In this document: positions 1-9,455 of the stretch, one piece after another
How the letters are laid out: every line of letters begins with the position of its first letter
Position numbering within the stretch: the first letter of the stretch is position 1
Virus record (IMG/VR): IMGVR_UViG_3300021341_000078
Location: 1-63,627 of that record
From: a virus
Taxonomy: Duplodnaviria > Caudoviricetes
Reading direction: 5' to 3' (one strand)
DNA: 63,627 nucleotides
Position numbers and translations under genes: made by a program
The notes under the pieces: model-generated
What the model saw: the letters and a program-made list of their open reading frames with translations, nothing else
What the model was told of the DNA's origin: nothing
Database searches by the model: none

Positions 1-483
1 TTAATTAGAAACTGCAACTATAGTTGGGTGATCAGAATTATATTGAATGAAATGGTGCCCATTCCTTATTGTAGAACAGTGATAGGTGTCTCCACTTGCA
101 TCCCGAAAATAGAAGCCCCATCCTTTCGTATTCCAAAAGTCTAGTTTATAACTATAGGGAGCTATTCCTGTAGAAAGCTCTGCTCTGGAGATACCCAGGT
201 CTCGTACTGCGCTTGATGTAGGATTATGAACTGAAGGGTATACCCAGTGAACATCTACAGTATCATCTGATATTGGAGTATTTGATTTTACTACATCGAG
301 TAGCATATCTAGATTTTCCTCAGTGTATCCAGCACTTCTTGGAAAGCTAACTTGGAATGTCTGTCCATTATTCGATGAAAACTCTCTGACTATGAATCCT
401 TCACTTTCTTTAGAAGATGACCTGTTTGTAGTGGTGGTTGTAGTTGTGGTCGTGGTTGTAGTGGTGGTTGTGGTGGGTACCAT
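1..483 (-). CDS. Hypothetical protein with N-terminal poly-Thr tract
   Basis: 160-aa ORF; ACN repeat at ~424-477 encodes a Thr run; no family recognised. Confidence 0.6.
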   Translation of the reverse strand: MVPTTTTTTTTTTTTTTTTNRSSSKESEGFIVREFSSNNGQTFQVSFPRSAGYTEENLDMLLDVVKSNTPISDDTVDVHWVYPSVHNPTSSAVRDLGISRAELSTGIAPYSYKLDFWNTKGWGFYFRDASGDTYHCSTIRNGHHFIQYNSDHPTIVAVSN

Positions 484-1624
484 TGTATTAATTTTATAGT
501 TATTAAAATAGGTTAATAATCATAAGGGAAATTGCGTGTAACCATAATTAGTACGTGCATTTTTACATAATGTAAATATACTGCATGCGAACACAGGCAA
601 GAAAAAACAAAATATAGGGATCACCACAACTGTTTATTACATATTCATGTATAACATAATTCATAAGAATCTATTTTACAAGTATTTAAACATAGTATTG
701 CCACCATAATTATTCGAAGGGTTTAGTTGATGAAATTAATACTCAGTACATAAGTATATAAGGTTTTGGAATAAAGGTAGAAAGATGTTGAGGTTCAAAA
801 TGAGAGTGAAACATTGAAATAATAAGCAATAGTATAATTCAAAGATTATTGAATACTGGTACAGGTATTGATATTTTTATTGGACGGCAAATATGTCAGG
901 TATCCCTGTTAGGAGCCTTACAGGGCGTGAGGAATCCAAGAAAAGGCTTGTCTATCGGACTGATGAAGCGGGGCAAGAAGAGCCTAACCCTGACACCTTT
1001 TATCCAATTAAGAAAAGGACCATTTACTTTTTGAATCTGCGATAGATGAAGTACCCAAAGAAAGGGGCGAGGATCAAAAGGCTATATCGTTGAATAAAAT
1101 TGAGATAATTTAATTGTACCGCGCCTATTTCGCCTGAGCTCTTTTTGATTAATAGAAAAGTCATGCTAGTTAAGCATATTAAGCAAAAGCCAACCATAAT
1201 AGAAGCTATGATGCGATTCATATATTGGAAATAAAAATCAAGTAATTAAAGACAGAAGATTAGGGGTATGAAGGTTGAATGCAAGTTTCATTTAAATCCA
1301 GTAAAGCGACAAGATTTTTTAACGCAAAAACTGACGGTATGGATAGAGATGAAGAAATACAAAAAATAGGAAATTGAATACAGTTTCAGCTCAACAAACT
1401 AAAGGAGCTTGATTGCCCTCTGAATATGTCTAATGGAGCTTTTGGAATATTCGACAACAGTATACCGACAGAAATGCACAAAGAGTATGTAAAGGAGATT
1501 GGTAGCTACGACAATCAAAAAGTATTTCATTTTGACACTAGCATTATACCTAAATAAACCACTCATATCACGGAGAAGCTGACAGCTCAAAAACTACCAG
1601 CCTTCTATTCGGTTCTCGGAATCA

Positions 1625-1744
1625 CTAGAGTTCAATGATATCCGTGTCCCCAATTATACCGCCTTTTACAGCCTTCTGTTCTTGAATGGTTAGTTCAGGG
1701 GATTGTTCTTTAATGTCCTTGATAGCAATTTCATCCTTTTTCAT
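1625..1744 (-). CDS. 39-aa double-glycine leader-type peptide
   Basis: Hand translation MKKDEIAIKDIKEQSPELTIQEQKAVKGG-IIGDTDIIEL; below ORF-track cutoff; paralog at 1922-2041. Confidence 0.75.
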   Translation of the reverse strand: MKKDEIAIKDIKEQSPELTIQEQKAVKGGIIGDTDIIEL

Positions 1745-1884
1745 AACAAATGATTTTAGTTAATGATACATCAATATTGGAAAAAAGAGCGAAGAGAAGA
1801 GAGTGACTTTCCCAGGCGAGACGTGGCAAGGACGAAGCCCCAGTATGGCTTTTCGTAGCATTAAATAATTATATCAAAACGACC

Positions 1885-1913
1885 GATACTGGAGAGGAAA
1901 CCTCTCCAGTATC
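1885..1913. terminator. Perfect 13-bp hairpin between the peptide genes
   Basis: GATACTGGAGAGG-AAA-CCTCTCCAGTATC just downstream of the 1922-2041 gene. Confidence 0.65.
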
Positions 1914-1921
1914 TAACAGAT

Positions 1922-2041
1922 CTAGAAGCCATCAATATCATCAGAGACAATAAAGCCTCCTTTGACTTTTCCTTGTTCCTCGATGGTGAGTTCAGGAGTA
2001 AGCTCCTTTAAATCACTGATTTTAAATTCCTTCTTTTTCAT
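1922..2041 (-). CDS. 39-aa double-glycine leader-type peptide
   Basis: MKKKEFKISDLKELTPELTIEEQGKVKGG-FIVSDDIDGF; same length and ELTxxEQxxVKGG motif as neighbour. Confidence 0.75.
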   Translation of the reverse strand: MKKKEFKISDLKELTPELTIEEQGKVKGGFIVSDDIDGF

Positions 2042-2313
2042 AATGAAGAATTGATTAATGAACAATAGATCTATCAATTAGGAGAGCAGTAGAAGGGAGG
2101 AGAGGTAACTATTATTAATCAATAAAACCATCATAATTTTTGCAAGCTGTTTATGACAATTTCCTACCTAAACTTACTTTAGGTTTTTATGGGAATGGTT
2201 AGTTTTGGAAAATGGCAGAATTGTAGCACTCCAAACTTTCTTTTAATACAGTTGGCCACCCGCACCTCTCATTAGGATATATTAAGTTGTTGTATACCAT
2301 TAAGAAAGACATA

Positions 2314-3642
2314 ATGAAAAAGATACTGTTACTATCCTTTATTCTCGTACTTTCATCATGTAGTATATTTAAGAGAACTGGTCATATGAAACAAAAGAGA
2401 GAAGTTATAATTGTTGGAGCAGGAATTTCTGGATTAAGTGCTGCAAGTTATCTTCGAAAGAAAGGCTACAATCCTATTATACTCGAAGCTCAATCAAAGG
2501 TCGGCGGACGTTTAAAAACAGATAGAAGCCTTGGAGTAGCTTTTGATGAAGGAGCCAGTTGGATACACGGTCCAATAAAAAATCCTATAACGAAGCTCGC
2601 TCAAAAATCAGGGATGCAAACCTTTTTAACTAAAGATGAAAGTATTAAGGTTTATGATATAGATGGCTCTGAATATTTACCTGAATTCTTACAACAACAG
2701 GAAGAGTTATACGATAACATTCTTGAAGAAATGGAGGGCACTAAGAACAAGAATTTTGCGGATCTTTTTTACAAAGAACATCCTCAATTTAAGGATAAAC
2801 GTCTATGGAAATATATGTTATCTGCCTTCCTAGAGTTTGATACAGGCGGAGATATTTACAAACTTTCATCAATAGATTTTTATGATGATGAGGTATTTCG
2901 CGGTGAAGATATTATAATCACTAATGGGTACGATAATGTTGCCAATTACCTAGCAAAAAAGCTTGATGTTCGTTTAAATACTAAAGTCAGAAGTATTGAT
3001 TATTCCAACGAAACGATTTCGATCATTACAGATAACGGAGGTTATTCCGCAGATATGGTGTTAGTAACAGTCCCATTAGGTGTATTAAAGAAAGGAATAA
3101 TAAATTTCACACCAGGATTACCGGAATACACACAAAATGTGATCAATAAGTTAGAAATGGGTGCGGTTAATAAATTTCTTTTAGTGTGGGATAAGCCTTT
3201 TTGGAACAAAGATTTACAATACGTAGGATATACGCCAGAGGAAAAAGGAAAGTTCAACTATTTTTTGAACGTAAATAAATTTGCAAGTACCAACGCTCTA
3301 ATGACTTTTGCATTTGGTGAGTACTCTAGAACGACAGAGCAAATGACAGATCAAGAGATTATTGATGAAATTATGACTCATCTAAAAAATATTTATGGGA
3401 ACGATATTCCAGATCCCATAAATATGTTGAGAACCAAGTGGAACCAAAATCCATATAGCTATGGAGCATACTCGTTTGCTACAAATGGTTTGAGAAGTGA
3501 TGCATTTGAAGTTTTTGAAGAACCAATCAATAATAAAGTATTCTTTGCAGGAGAGCACACTATAGTGGAATATAGAGGAACAGTACATGGAGCGTATCTT
3601 AGCGGAATTCGAGAAGCAAAAAAGATGTCAAAAATAAAGTAA
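2314..3642 (+). CDS. FAD-dependent amine oxidase (flavin monoamine/polyamine oxidase family), probable lipoprotein
   Basis: GAGISGL FAD motif, EAQSKVGGR, GASWIHG, FAGEHT, GTVHGAYLSG; lipobox-like LSSC; ATG 2314 preferred over TTG 2287. Confidence 0.9.
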   Translation: MKKILLLSFILVLSSCSIFKRTGHMKQKREVIIVGAGISGLSAASYLRKKGYNPIILEAQSKVGGRLKTDRSLGVAFDEGASWIHGPIKNPITKLAQKSGMQTFLTKDESIKVYDIDGSEYLPEFLQQQEELYDNILEEMEGTKNKNFADLFYKEHPQFKDKRLWKYMLSAFLEFDTGGDIYKLSSIDFYDDEVFRGEDIIITNGYDNVANYLAKKLDVRLNTKVRSIDYSNETISIITDNGGYSADMVLVTVPLGVLKKGIINFTPGLPEYTQNVINKLEMGAVNKFLLVWDKPFWNKDLQYVGYTPEEKGKFNYFLNVNKFASTNALMTFAFGEYSRTTEQMTDQEIIDEIMTHLKNIYGNDIPDPINMLRTKWNQNPYSYGAYSFATNGLRSDAFEVFEEPINNKVFFAGEHTIVEYRGTVHGAYLSGIREAKKMSKIK

Positions 3643-3799
3643 CAGCAATATAACTTAAGCTGAAATAGCCATCATTTGATCTAACAGTCACTTCCGAAAA
3701 GTCAAAAGTTAATCTGACAAAGCCGGTTGATTTTTTCTTATCGAAAATAGACCCAATGCACACAAGGATGTTTTTGGCAAAATCTTTGTTGAATCGGTC

Positions 3800-4051
3800 T
3801 TGCATCAACCGATTAAGCATGGAAAAAAAATTACCACACTTTTGGATTACATTTCTGAAACAGCGATCAACAACGACTTATGTATTTCCGAACTTTCCGA
3901 GAAGGCCGGATTTCATTCAGGGCAAGCGGCTAGATGGATCGATGGCAAAGCAAATCCTACTCTTTTTAATTTCCTTAAACTATGCCAAGCTGCTGGCAAA
4001 GTAATCGAACTAAAAGGTAAGGGAATGCAATTCAAGTACATGGTGAAATAG
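3800..4051 (+). CDS. XRE-family helix-turn-helix regulator (start uncertain)
   Basis: ELSEKAG...ARWIDGKANPTLFNFLKLC matches XRE HTH pattern. Confidence 0.65.
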   Translation: MHQPIKHGKKITTLLDYISETAINNDLCISELSEKAGFHSGQAARWIDGKANPTLFNFLKLCQAAGKVIELKGKGMQFKYMVK

Positions 4052-4061
4052 ATAGAGTCGG

Positions 4062-4320
4062 TTAGATTTCTGGAAAATTGTTTTTCAAATGACCAATATC
4101 GTGAACCCCTAGTTGTCTTAAATATTGATCAACCTGATCTAGGCTATGGTGTCTAAGTTGTATTTGCAATTGCTTTACATTCCCCCGTTATTAATGTAGT
4201 TTGCAGCACCAGTATGCTTCCAAGAATATAGTTTGTACTCATGGGTAAACCCTAGCTCTATAAGAATTAGACGGTGGCGCCTTCGCATCGTATTCATATC
4301 CATAGGTTTGGTGATATCCC
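4062..4320 (-). pseudogene. Frameshifted C-terminal remnant of a tyrosine integrase
   Basis: YKLYSWKHTGAANY, then after a frameshift near 4180 VKQLQIQLRHHSLDQVDQYL; lies 3' of tRNA-Ala. Confidence 0.8.
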
Positions 4321-4537
4321 ATCAGCTGGGGAATACATATTCTATCGGATCGTGTCAGGTGATAAATTGCAAACAAGGCAAAACTTAGTCAAATCATCAG
4401 GAGTATAAATCTCGGAAAAGAAATTTATCACGTGCCATAGTTTGAAATATGACACGTTTGTGCAGAACCCTCGTAGACAGTTGTGGATATTTCTGATTTG
4501 TAATTGTCTATTTTTAAGGGTGTTAAGATGTGTTTAG

Positions 4538-4611
4538 TGGAGCTAGTCGGAGTCGAACCGACGACCTCTTGACTGCCAGTCAAACGCTCTAGCCAGCTGA
4601 GCTATAGCCCC
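4538..4611 (-). tRNA. tRNA-Ala(GGC); probable attachment site of the prophage
   Basis: GGGGCTATAGCTCAGCTGG...TTTGA-CT-GGC-AG-TCAAG...GGTTCGACTCC...TAGCTCCA; G3:U70 Ala determinant; CCA not encoded. Confidence 0.96.
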
Positions 4612-4630
4612 ATTACTGTGTTTATCGCTT

Positions 4631-4686
4631 CTTGTCTCTTGTCTTATATCAAATGTGACAAGTTCTTATGACAATAAATGACAATT
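4631..4686. repeat. Clustered TGACAA/TTGTC repeats, candidate integrase arm-binding sites
   Basis: cTTGTCtcTTGTC...TGACAAg...TGACAAtaaaTGACAAt next to the tRNA 5' end. Confidence 0.5.
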
Positions 4687-4761
4687 TCGACCGCGAACAT
4701 AAAACAAAAATAGCACTCAAACAATTCCCGTGCTAATATTTTAATCTTTTTCTGAGACACT

Positions 4762-6786
4762 TTACATCTTCTCTAAATGTTCCTTCTTTGCTCTAATGAG
4801 ACTATCTAGTCTTTTTAACTTTTCTTTACTCTTGGATATGTCAGACATTAAAAAACTTTGTTGCTTTCCTAAAATCCTTACTTTCCTCTCTATATCTTCT
4901 GTGTATTGAGCATACTGTGCTCTGACTTTTTTATCATAGTTATGCACGTCCATCTCCGAACGCATTTTCTTCTTCTGTATCTCCAGTTCTATCTTCTCTA
5001 GCTTCGCTTGCTTACGTTGTATATCTGTCTCTAAGTCTTGTTTCCTGTTGCCCCAATGCTCCATCAAGTGCTCTACTCCCATCTTGTCCATAGCAAGATC
5101 CTGCATAGCAAAACGTATATCATTCTCTTTATCTTTTAGGAGGTATAAAGAGTCCTTGAGCTTATGTACTAATTCCTTCTCTCCATTCTGCAATCTAAGA
5201 ATATAGTTTTGTGCTCTAGAGTCTAATAGATCAACCTTGGATTTGTGTGAGGCGTACAGCTCGTTTGCTTTGCTAAGTAAGACACCAGCTTTCTCGTGTG
5301 AGAGATCTGACCTGTCTTTCATGTGTTGCATCTGCAACCTAAACTTATCTACCTCGTGTGCGTACTTGTTTATTGTGTCGGTGACTTGCAGAATACTCCT
5401 ATCATTGCGTAGTCTTTCATCAGACATAGCGTGTTCTACCTGCCTCAAGCTAAGGCCCACTTTTAACATCTCATTGCTATGATCTTGTTCTAGCTGTCGC
5501 AATGCTAAACGCTCATCACCTAGTGACTGCTCTAGCCTCAAAAACCGTTCTCCCATAGTAGCTAGTAGATCCATCTGTTGCCTATCCAGTCTAAGAACTT
5601 CTTGTCCTACTCTTAACAACGTATCGTTTATCTGCATCTTGATAGAGTTGTCTAAGGTGTTTAGTTGCATCTTTATTTCATACACATCATGTGTGATACG
5701 ATTCTCTATATCTGTCACCCAGTTTAAGATACTCTCACGCAAAGAGTAGAACTTGATCTCAGTGTTGTGCTCTACCTCTCTGATACTCTCATACACTCTA
5801 GCCATCTCTCGCTCTATAATCCTTTCAAGTTGGAGTTTGTCCATCTCTCCTTTATGCCTCAAGTCTTTTAGACCAGACTCAAAGTCATGTTTGATTTGCC
5901 CAAGATCTATCCTAACCTCAGAGAAACCCTTCTCTGTCTTGTATTGGTTCTCTATTACTTTCTCTTTTAACTGTTGGTACTTCTCTGAGTACTGCTGTCT
6001 GAACTCAAAGAAAGCCTCTCTCATTTCTGTTTTGAATTGTAGGTACTCTGCTTTGTTCTCGTATCTCTCTTTTATGATCTCATTGATCTTTGCGTTTAGT
6101 TGATTGGTGCGTTCGTTGAAAAAGTTCTCGTACTCACGCATCTTTTGTTGTTCGTAGGACTCCATATGCTCAATAATTTTAGCTTCATTATATACTACCT
6201 CTGGCTCTGACACACCAAACACATCTTCTAGTACTGACTCCCTTGCTTTATACGCGTGGTTTTTGATCTGCTCTTCTGCTTGCTCTTCTATCTTTGCTTT
6301 GTACTCGTTTATAACCTTTGTAGCATAATCACTATATTCTTGCTCTCTCTCTTTCTCTCTACCGTTTAGAAATAGCTCTTTAGCAAGTAACTCAGCTTTC
6401 TTATTGTTTAGCGTTGTAAGAAAATCTTTTACCATCTCGTCCGCTTTCTCTCTCGCTGTACTCTCCAACTTCTCTTCAAACTCTTTATAAACATTTCCTC
6501 TTTGTTCAAACCAATAGGTGTCCGCCTCGGCTTTCTTTGTGTCTATCTCTCTATCAATCTCTCTCCAGTAGTAGTTAGCGACAGCAACAACCAAACCTAC
6601 ACCTAGCAGGAAGGTGACTACGTACGTCCAGTTATATGCAAGGAAGGAGAGTAAAAGGTAAGCAGGGTATAACAACACAAGTACGCCTACAACGTAATAC
6701 CAAGTTTTTTTTGTTTCTTTATTTGTTGTGGGTTGTTCCTTTTTGTTGTCTCCGAATATTTGGTCGTATTCAGAATTAGAAAACAT
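4762..6786 (-). CDS. Membrane-anchored long coiled-coil protein (standard code)
   Basis: Two N-terminal TM segments then ~600 aa charged helical region; 674 aa without TGA. Confidence 0.8.
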   Translation of the reverse strand: MFSNSEYDQIFGDNKKEQPTTNKETKKTWYYVVGVLVLLYPAYLLLSFLAYNWTYVVTFLLGVGLVVAVANYYWREIDREIDTKKAEADTYWFEQRGNVYKEFEEKLESTAREKADEMVKDFLTTLNNKKAELLAKELFLNGREKEREQEYSDYATKVINEYKAKIEEQAEEQIKNHAYKARESVLEDVFGVSEPEVVYNEAKIIEHMESYEQQKMREYENFFNERTNQLNAKINEIIKERYENKAEYLQFKTEMREAFFEFRQQYSEKYQQLKEKVIENQYKTEKGFSEVRIDLGQIKHDFESGLKDLRHKGEMDKLQLERIIEREMARVYESIREVEHNTEIKFYSLRESILNWVTDIENRITHDVYEIKMQLNTLDNSIKMQINDTLLRVGQEVLRLDRQQMDLLATMGERFLRLEQSLGDERLALRQLEQDHSNEMLKVGLSLRQVEHAMSDERLRNDRSILQVTDTINKYAHEVDKFRLQMQHMKDRSDLSHEKAGVLLSKANELYASHKSKVDLLDSRAQNYILRLQNGEKELVHKLKDSLYLLKDKENDIRFAMQDLAMDKMGVEHLMEHWGNRKQDLETDIQRKQAKLEKIELEIQKKKMRSEMDVHNYDKKVRAQYAQYTEDIERKVRILGKQQSFLMSDISKSKEKLKRLDSLIRAKKEHLEKM

Positions 6787-6791
6787 AAACT

Positions 6792-8549
6792 ATGGATTAT
6801 AATTTCCCTTTCAAACCACAGGCTATAATATCTAAGGAAGAGATACAAGCGCTGTTTAAAGATGAAGAAGAGGATAGTGTTGTGTTAGGGTTTACTTATG
6901 ATATCGACTTCGATGTTCTCTGTAAGTTTTATAATCTTTGGTGCAACCGTGTGAAACGTCTAATAGACCTTGATATATTACAACACAAAAAACGCACCAA
7001 TCGTTCGGCTGTGTTGTTGAATTATAGAGGTTTTACTTTCGATGAGTTCCAAGATCTATATAATCCTCATGTTACGTTCCCCACAATATACCCTTTCTTT
7101 ATACAATCTGGTATAGATTCAGAGAAACAAAGGCAAAGAATACTTTATAAATACCCAGCAGACAATGACCAAGAAAACTACTTGACGGCTATCAAAGACA
7201 GTAAGTCTTATCAAGTCATGAATTTTTTTTTGCGTAAACAGCCAAACTTCCCTATCAAAGTACCCATAGAAGCTAAAACAATGCACGAACTAGTATTAGC
7301 TGGTACTGGTTCTGGTAAGTCTGTTCTACTCGCATCAGAAGTATACAACGACTCCTACAAACTACCTACATGGTCACAAGTAATTATAGATCCACACGGT
7401 TCTTTTGCTAGACTAGTTTTTGAGTCTAAGTTACACAAGCATGATGAACGTGTGATGTTTTTCGATATAAGGATGCTACTAGAAGGATGGCGCTGGGGAA
7501 TCAACGCATTAGACATAAGGAAAGGGAACATTCTAGAGAAGAACAACGTGATTGACCAGTTAGCTTCTGCCTTTGCTGACGTTCTAAGTAAGGAGGGTGG
7601 TGAGATGAGACAGAACGTCAATACGGTGATGAAGAAGTGTCTAGAGTTCCTTATAGAGAGCAGAAGTGATGGCAAAGACTACACGCTGCAAACACTGCTA
7701 GATCTTGTGTGTTATGAAGAATACATTCTAAAAGAAGCACAAGCCTACGATAAATTCTTTGAAAAGGATTTCACTCAAACGGAATCAGGAACAGTTAAAG
7801 CGGTAAGAAGGAGATTGCGCGCAATCATAGACGATAAGGTTTTAAACATGATACTAGGTGGACAGAGTACCTTTGACTTGGAAAAAGCTATAAACAGCAA
7901 TAAGATACTCATATTCGATCTAAGTGCGGTAGGAGAGGAATCACAACAAATTATTGGTAAGTTCCTTGTTGCAATGGTGAAAGGTTACGTTAGGAGAAGA
8001 AGAAAAGGAATAGATGATCTACACACACTGCTCAAGATAGATGAGTTCCAAAACTTCATTACTGGTAGTCTTTCTTACATGCTGGAACAGCTTAGAGGGT
8101 ACGGCTTACACTGTTCTTTAGCCTGTCAAAGTATAGCACAACTAGGAGCATACCTACAAACAGTAATTGATAACACTGCTATAAAGATAGTGAAGGCTAA
8201 GTACGTTAAGAACATAATGTCAATCACGAACGTGCCAGAGAAGTATATCTGGAGAGGTAAAAGAGGGGACGACTCTACACAAGCAGACGGTCTTCTAAAA
8301 CTTGCAAAGCGTGAGTTCCTATTAGATGTTAGACAACGGCTACATGTTCAGTCATTCCACTCACCAGGGTTCCTTGTTACTAGTAAGAAGTATAGACTAA
8401 GTGAGGAGGAAATAGAAACGTCTATGAATAAACAGTTAGTGAACTTCTACCATAGAATAGATCGAGACGAGATGGGGGAAACAGAGTTCAAAGACCCAGA
8501 TCCAGACCCAGATGTAGACTTAGAAATGTTCGATGTTCCAGAGGACTAA
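6792..8549 (+). CDS. VirD4/TraD-like coupling-protein ATPase (FtsK-HerA superfamily; standard code)
   Basis: Walker A AGTGSGKS, IIDPHG, Walker B KIDEFQNF, LRGYG...ACQSIAQL; no TGA in 585 aa. Confidence 0.85.
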   Translation: MDYNFPFKPQAIISKEEIQALFKDEEEDSVVLGFTYDIDFDVLCKFYNLWCNRVKRLIDLDILQHKKRTNRSAVLLNYRGFTFDEFQDLYNPHVTFPTIYPFFIQSGIDSEKQRQRILYKYPADNDQENYLTAIKDSKSYQVMNFFLRKQPNFPIKVPIEAKTMHELVLAGTGSGKSVLLASEVYNDSYKLPTWSQVIIDPHGSFARLVFESKLHKHDERVMFFDIRMLLEGWRWGINALDIRKGNILEKNNVIDQLASAFADVLSKEGGEMRQNVNTVMKKCLEFLIESRSDGKDYTLQTLLDLVCYEEYILKEAQAYDKFFEKDFTQTESGTVKAVRRRLRAIIDDKVLNMILGGQSTFDLEKAINSNKILIFDLSAVGEESQQIIGKFLVAMVKGYVRRRRKGIDDLHTLLKIDEFQNFITGSLSYMLEQLRGYGLHCSLACQSIAQLGAYLQTVIDNTAIKIVKAKYVKNIMSITNVPEKYIWRGKRGDDSTQADGLLKLAKREFLLDVRQRLHVQSFHSPGFLVTSKKYRLSEEEIETSMNKQLVNFYHRIDRDEMGETEFKDPDPDPDVDLEMFDVPED

Positions 8550-8654
8550 AAAAACAGCTGGTGTGTGACAGCTGCTTTCCCTTTACTTGTGGTGTGTAAT
8601 GATAGTAATAACGTAATTAGAGAAATTATCTTACACCTACTTATTACACAACAA

Positions 8655-9455
8655 ATGTCTAAAAGCAACAAAAAATATCTCAATGTGCTAAAGAACCTAG
8701 CCATCTATAAGTTCTTAACTCTAGAACAGATGGTGCGTTTGGGTGTGGATAACCATAAGACAAACATATCAACTGAGACAGCAACAATGATTAGGGATGG
8801 CCACGCCAATAAGATCTCAAAAAGCGACACCTCTCCAGCAGTTTACTATCTAACAAGAAAGGGTGCTACACGAGCAGAACACATCTTTGATATTACTCCT
8901 AGATACCCTAAAAGGAAAATGGATAAGATGGTAGACGACATGCCTCACAGACTATCAATTGTTGATCTACACATAGAGATATCTAGGTTCAACGTAATAC
9001 AACACTGGAGAGAGTTCGACTACGTAGGTGTGCAACGACAAAAGAACCTAGAGAAAGCAAGCAAGATAAATCTAGGACGAACATCACTAGTACCAGACCT
9101 AATCTTCAAACTCAACACAGACCAAGGACAAAGACTATACCTCGCAGAGGTGGAAAGAACAGAGGGTAAAACGGCAGACAAGTACTATGAAGACAAAGTA
9201 CACAAGTACATCACTTTGCTCAGTAACCAAGCGGTAATAAAAAGGAAGTTCAATGTGTCTCTAATGTATACAGTACTGTTCGTTATAGACGATAGAAAAT
9301 TCATAGAAAAACTAAAGAAAAAAATACTCAAGGATAAGAACGCTGAGAAGCATAACAAAAAGAAGCTCGTAGAGAGCTTCCTATTTAAGCATTTTGATGA
9401 TGATGTTTTCACTTGGACTAACCTAGAAGGAAAGCCTAGGTTGTTGTTCTATTAG
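8655..9455 (+). CDS. Replication-relaxation (Replic_Relax)-like relaxase (standard code)
   Basis: N-terminal wHTH (YKFLTLEQ...YYLTRKG), H motif PHRL, LVPD...AEVER PD-(D/E)xK-type core; adjacent to coupling ATPase. Confidence 0.75.
   Translation: MSKSNKKYLNVLKNLAIYKFLTLEQMVRLGVDNHKTNISTETATMIRDGHANKISKSDTSPAVYYLTRKGATRAEHIFDITPRYPKRKMDKMVDDMPHRLSIVDLHIEISRFNVIQHWREFDYVGVQRQKNLEKASKINLGRTSLVPDLIFKLNTDQGQRLYLAEVERTEGKTADKYYEDKVHKYITLLSNQAVIKRKFNVSLMYTVLFVIDDRKFIEKLKKKILKDKNAEKHNKKKLVESFLFKHFDDDVFTWTNLEGKPRLLFY

Noticed and set aside
849-1590. Short host ORFs 849-1034, 1024-1221 and 1399-1590
   Set aside because: No recognisable motifs; 1024-1221 may be a real small membrane protein but is unsupported
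3756-4004. ORF overlapping the XRE gene
   Set aside because: No motif; probably an alternate frame, though a slip in the A-run near 3823-3831 could supply the XRE start
5237-9412. ORFs 5237, 5753, 7355 and 9185
   Set aside because: Antisense to longer motif-bearing genes
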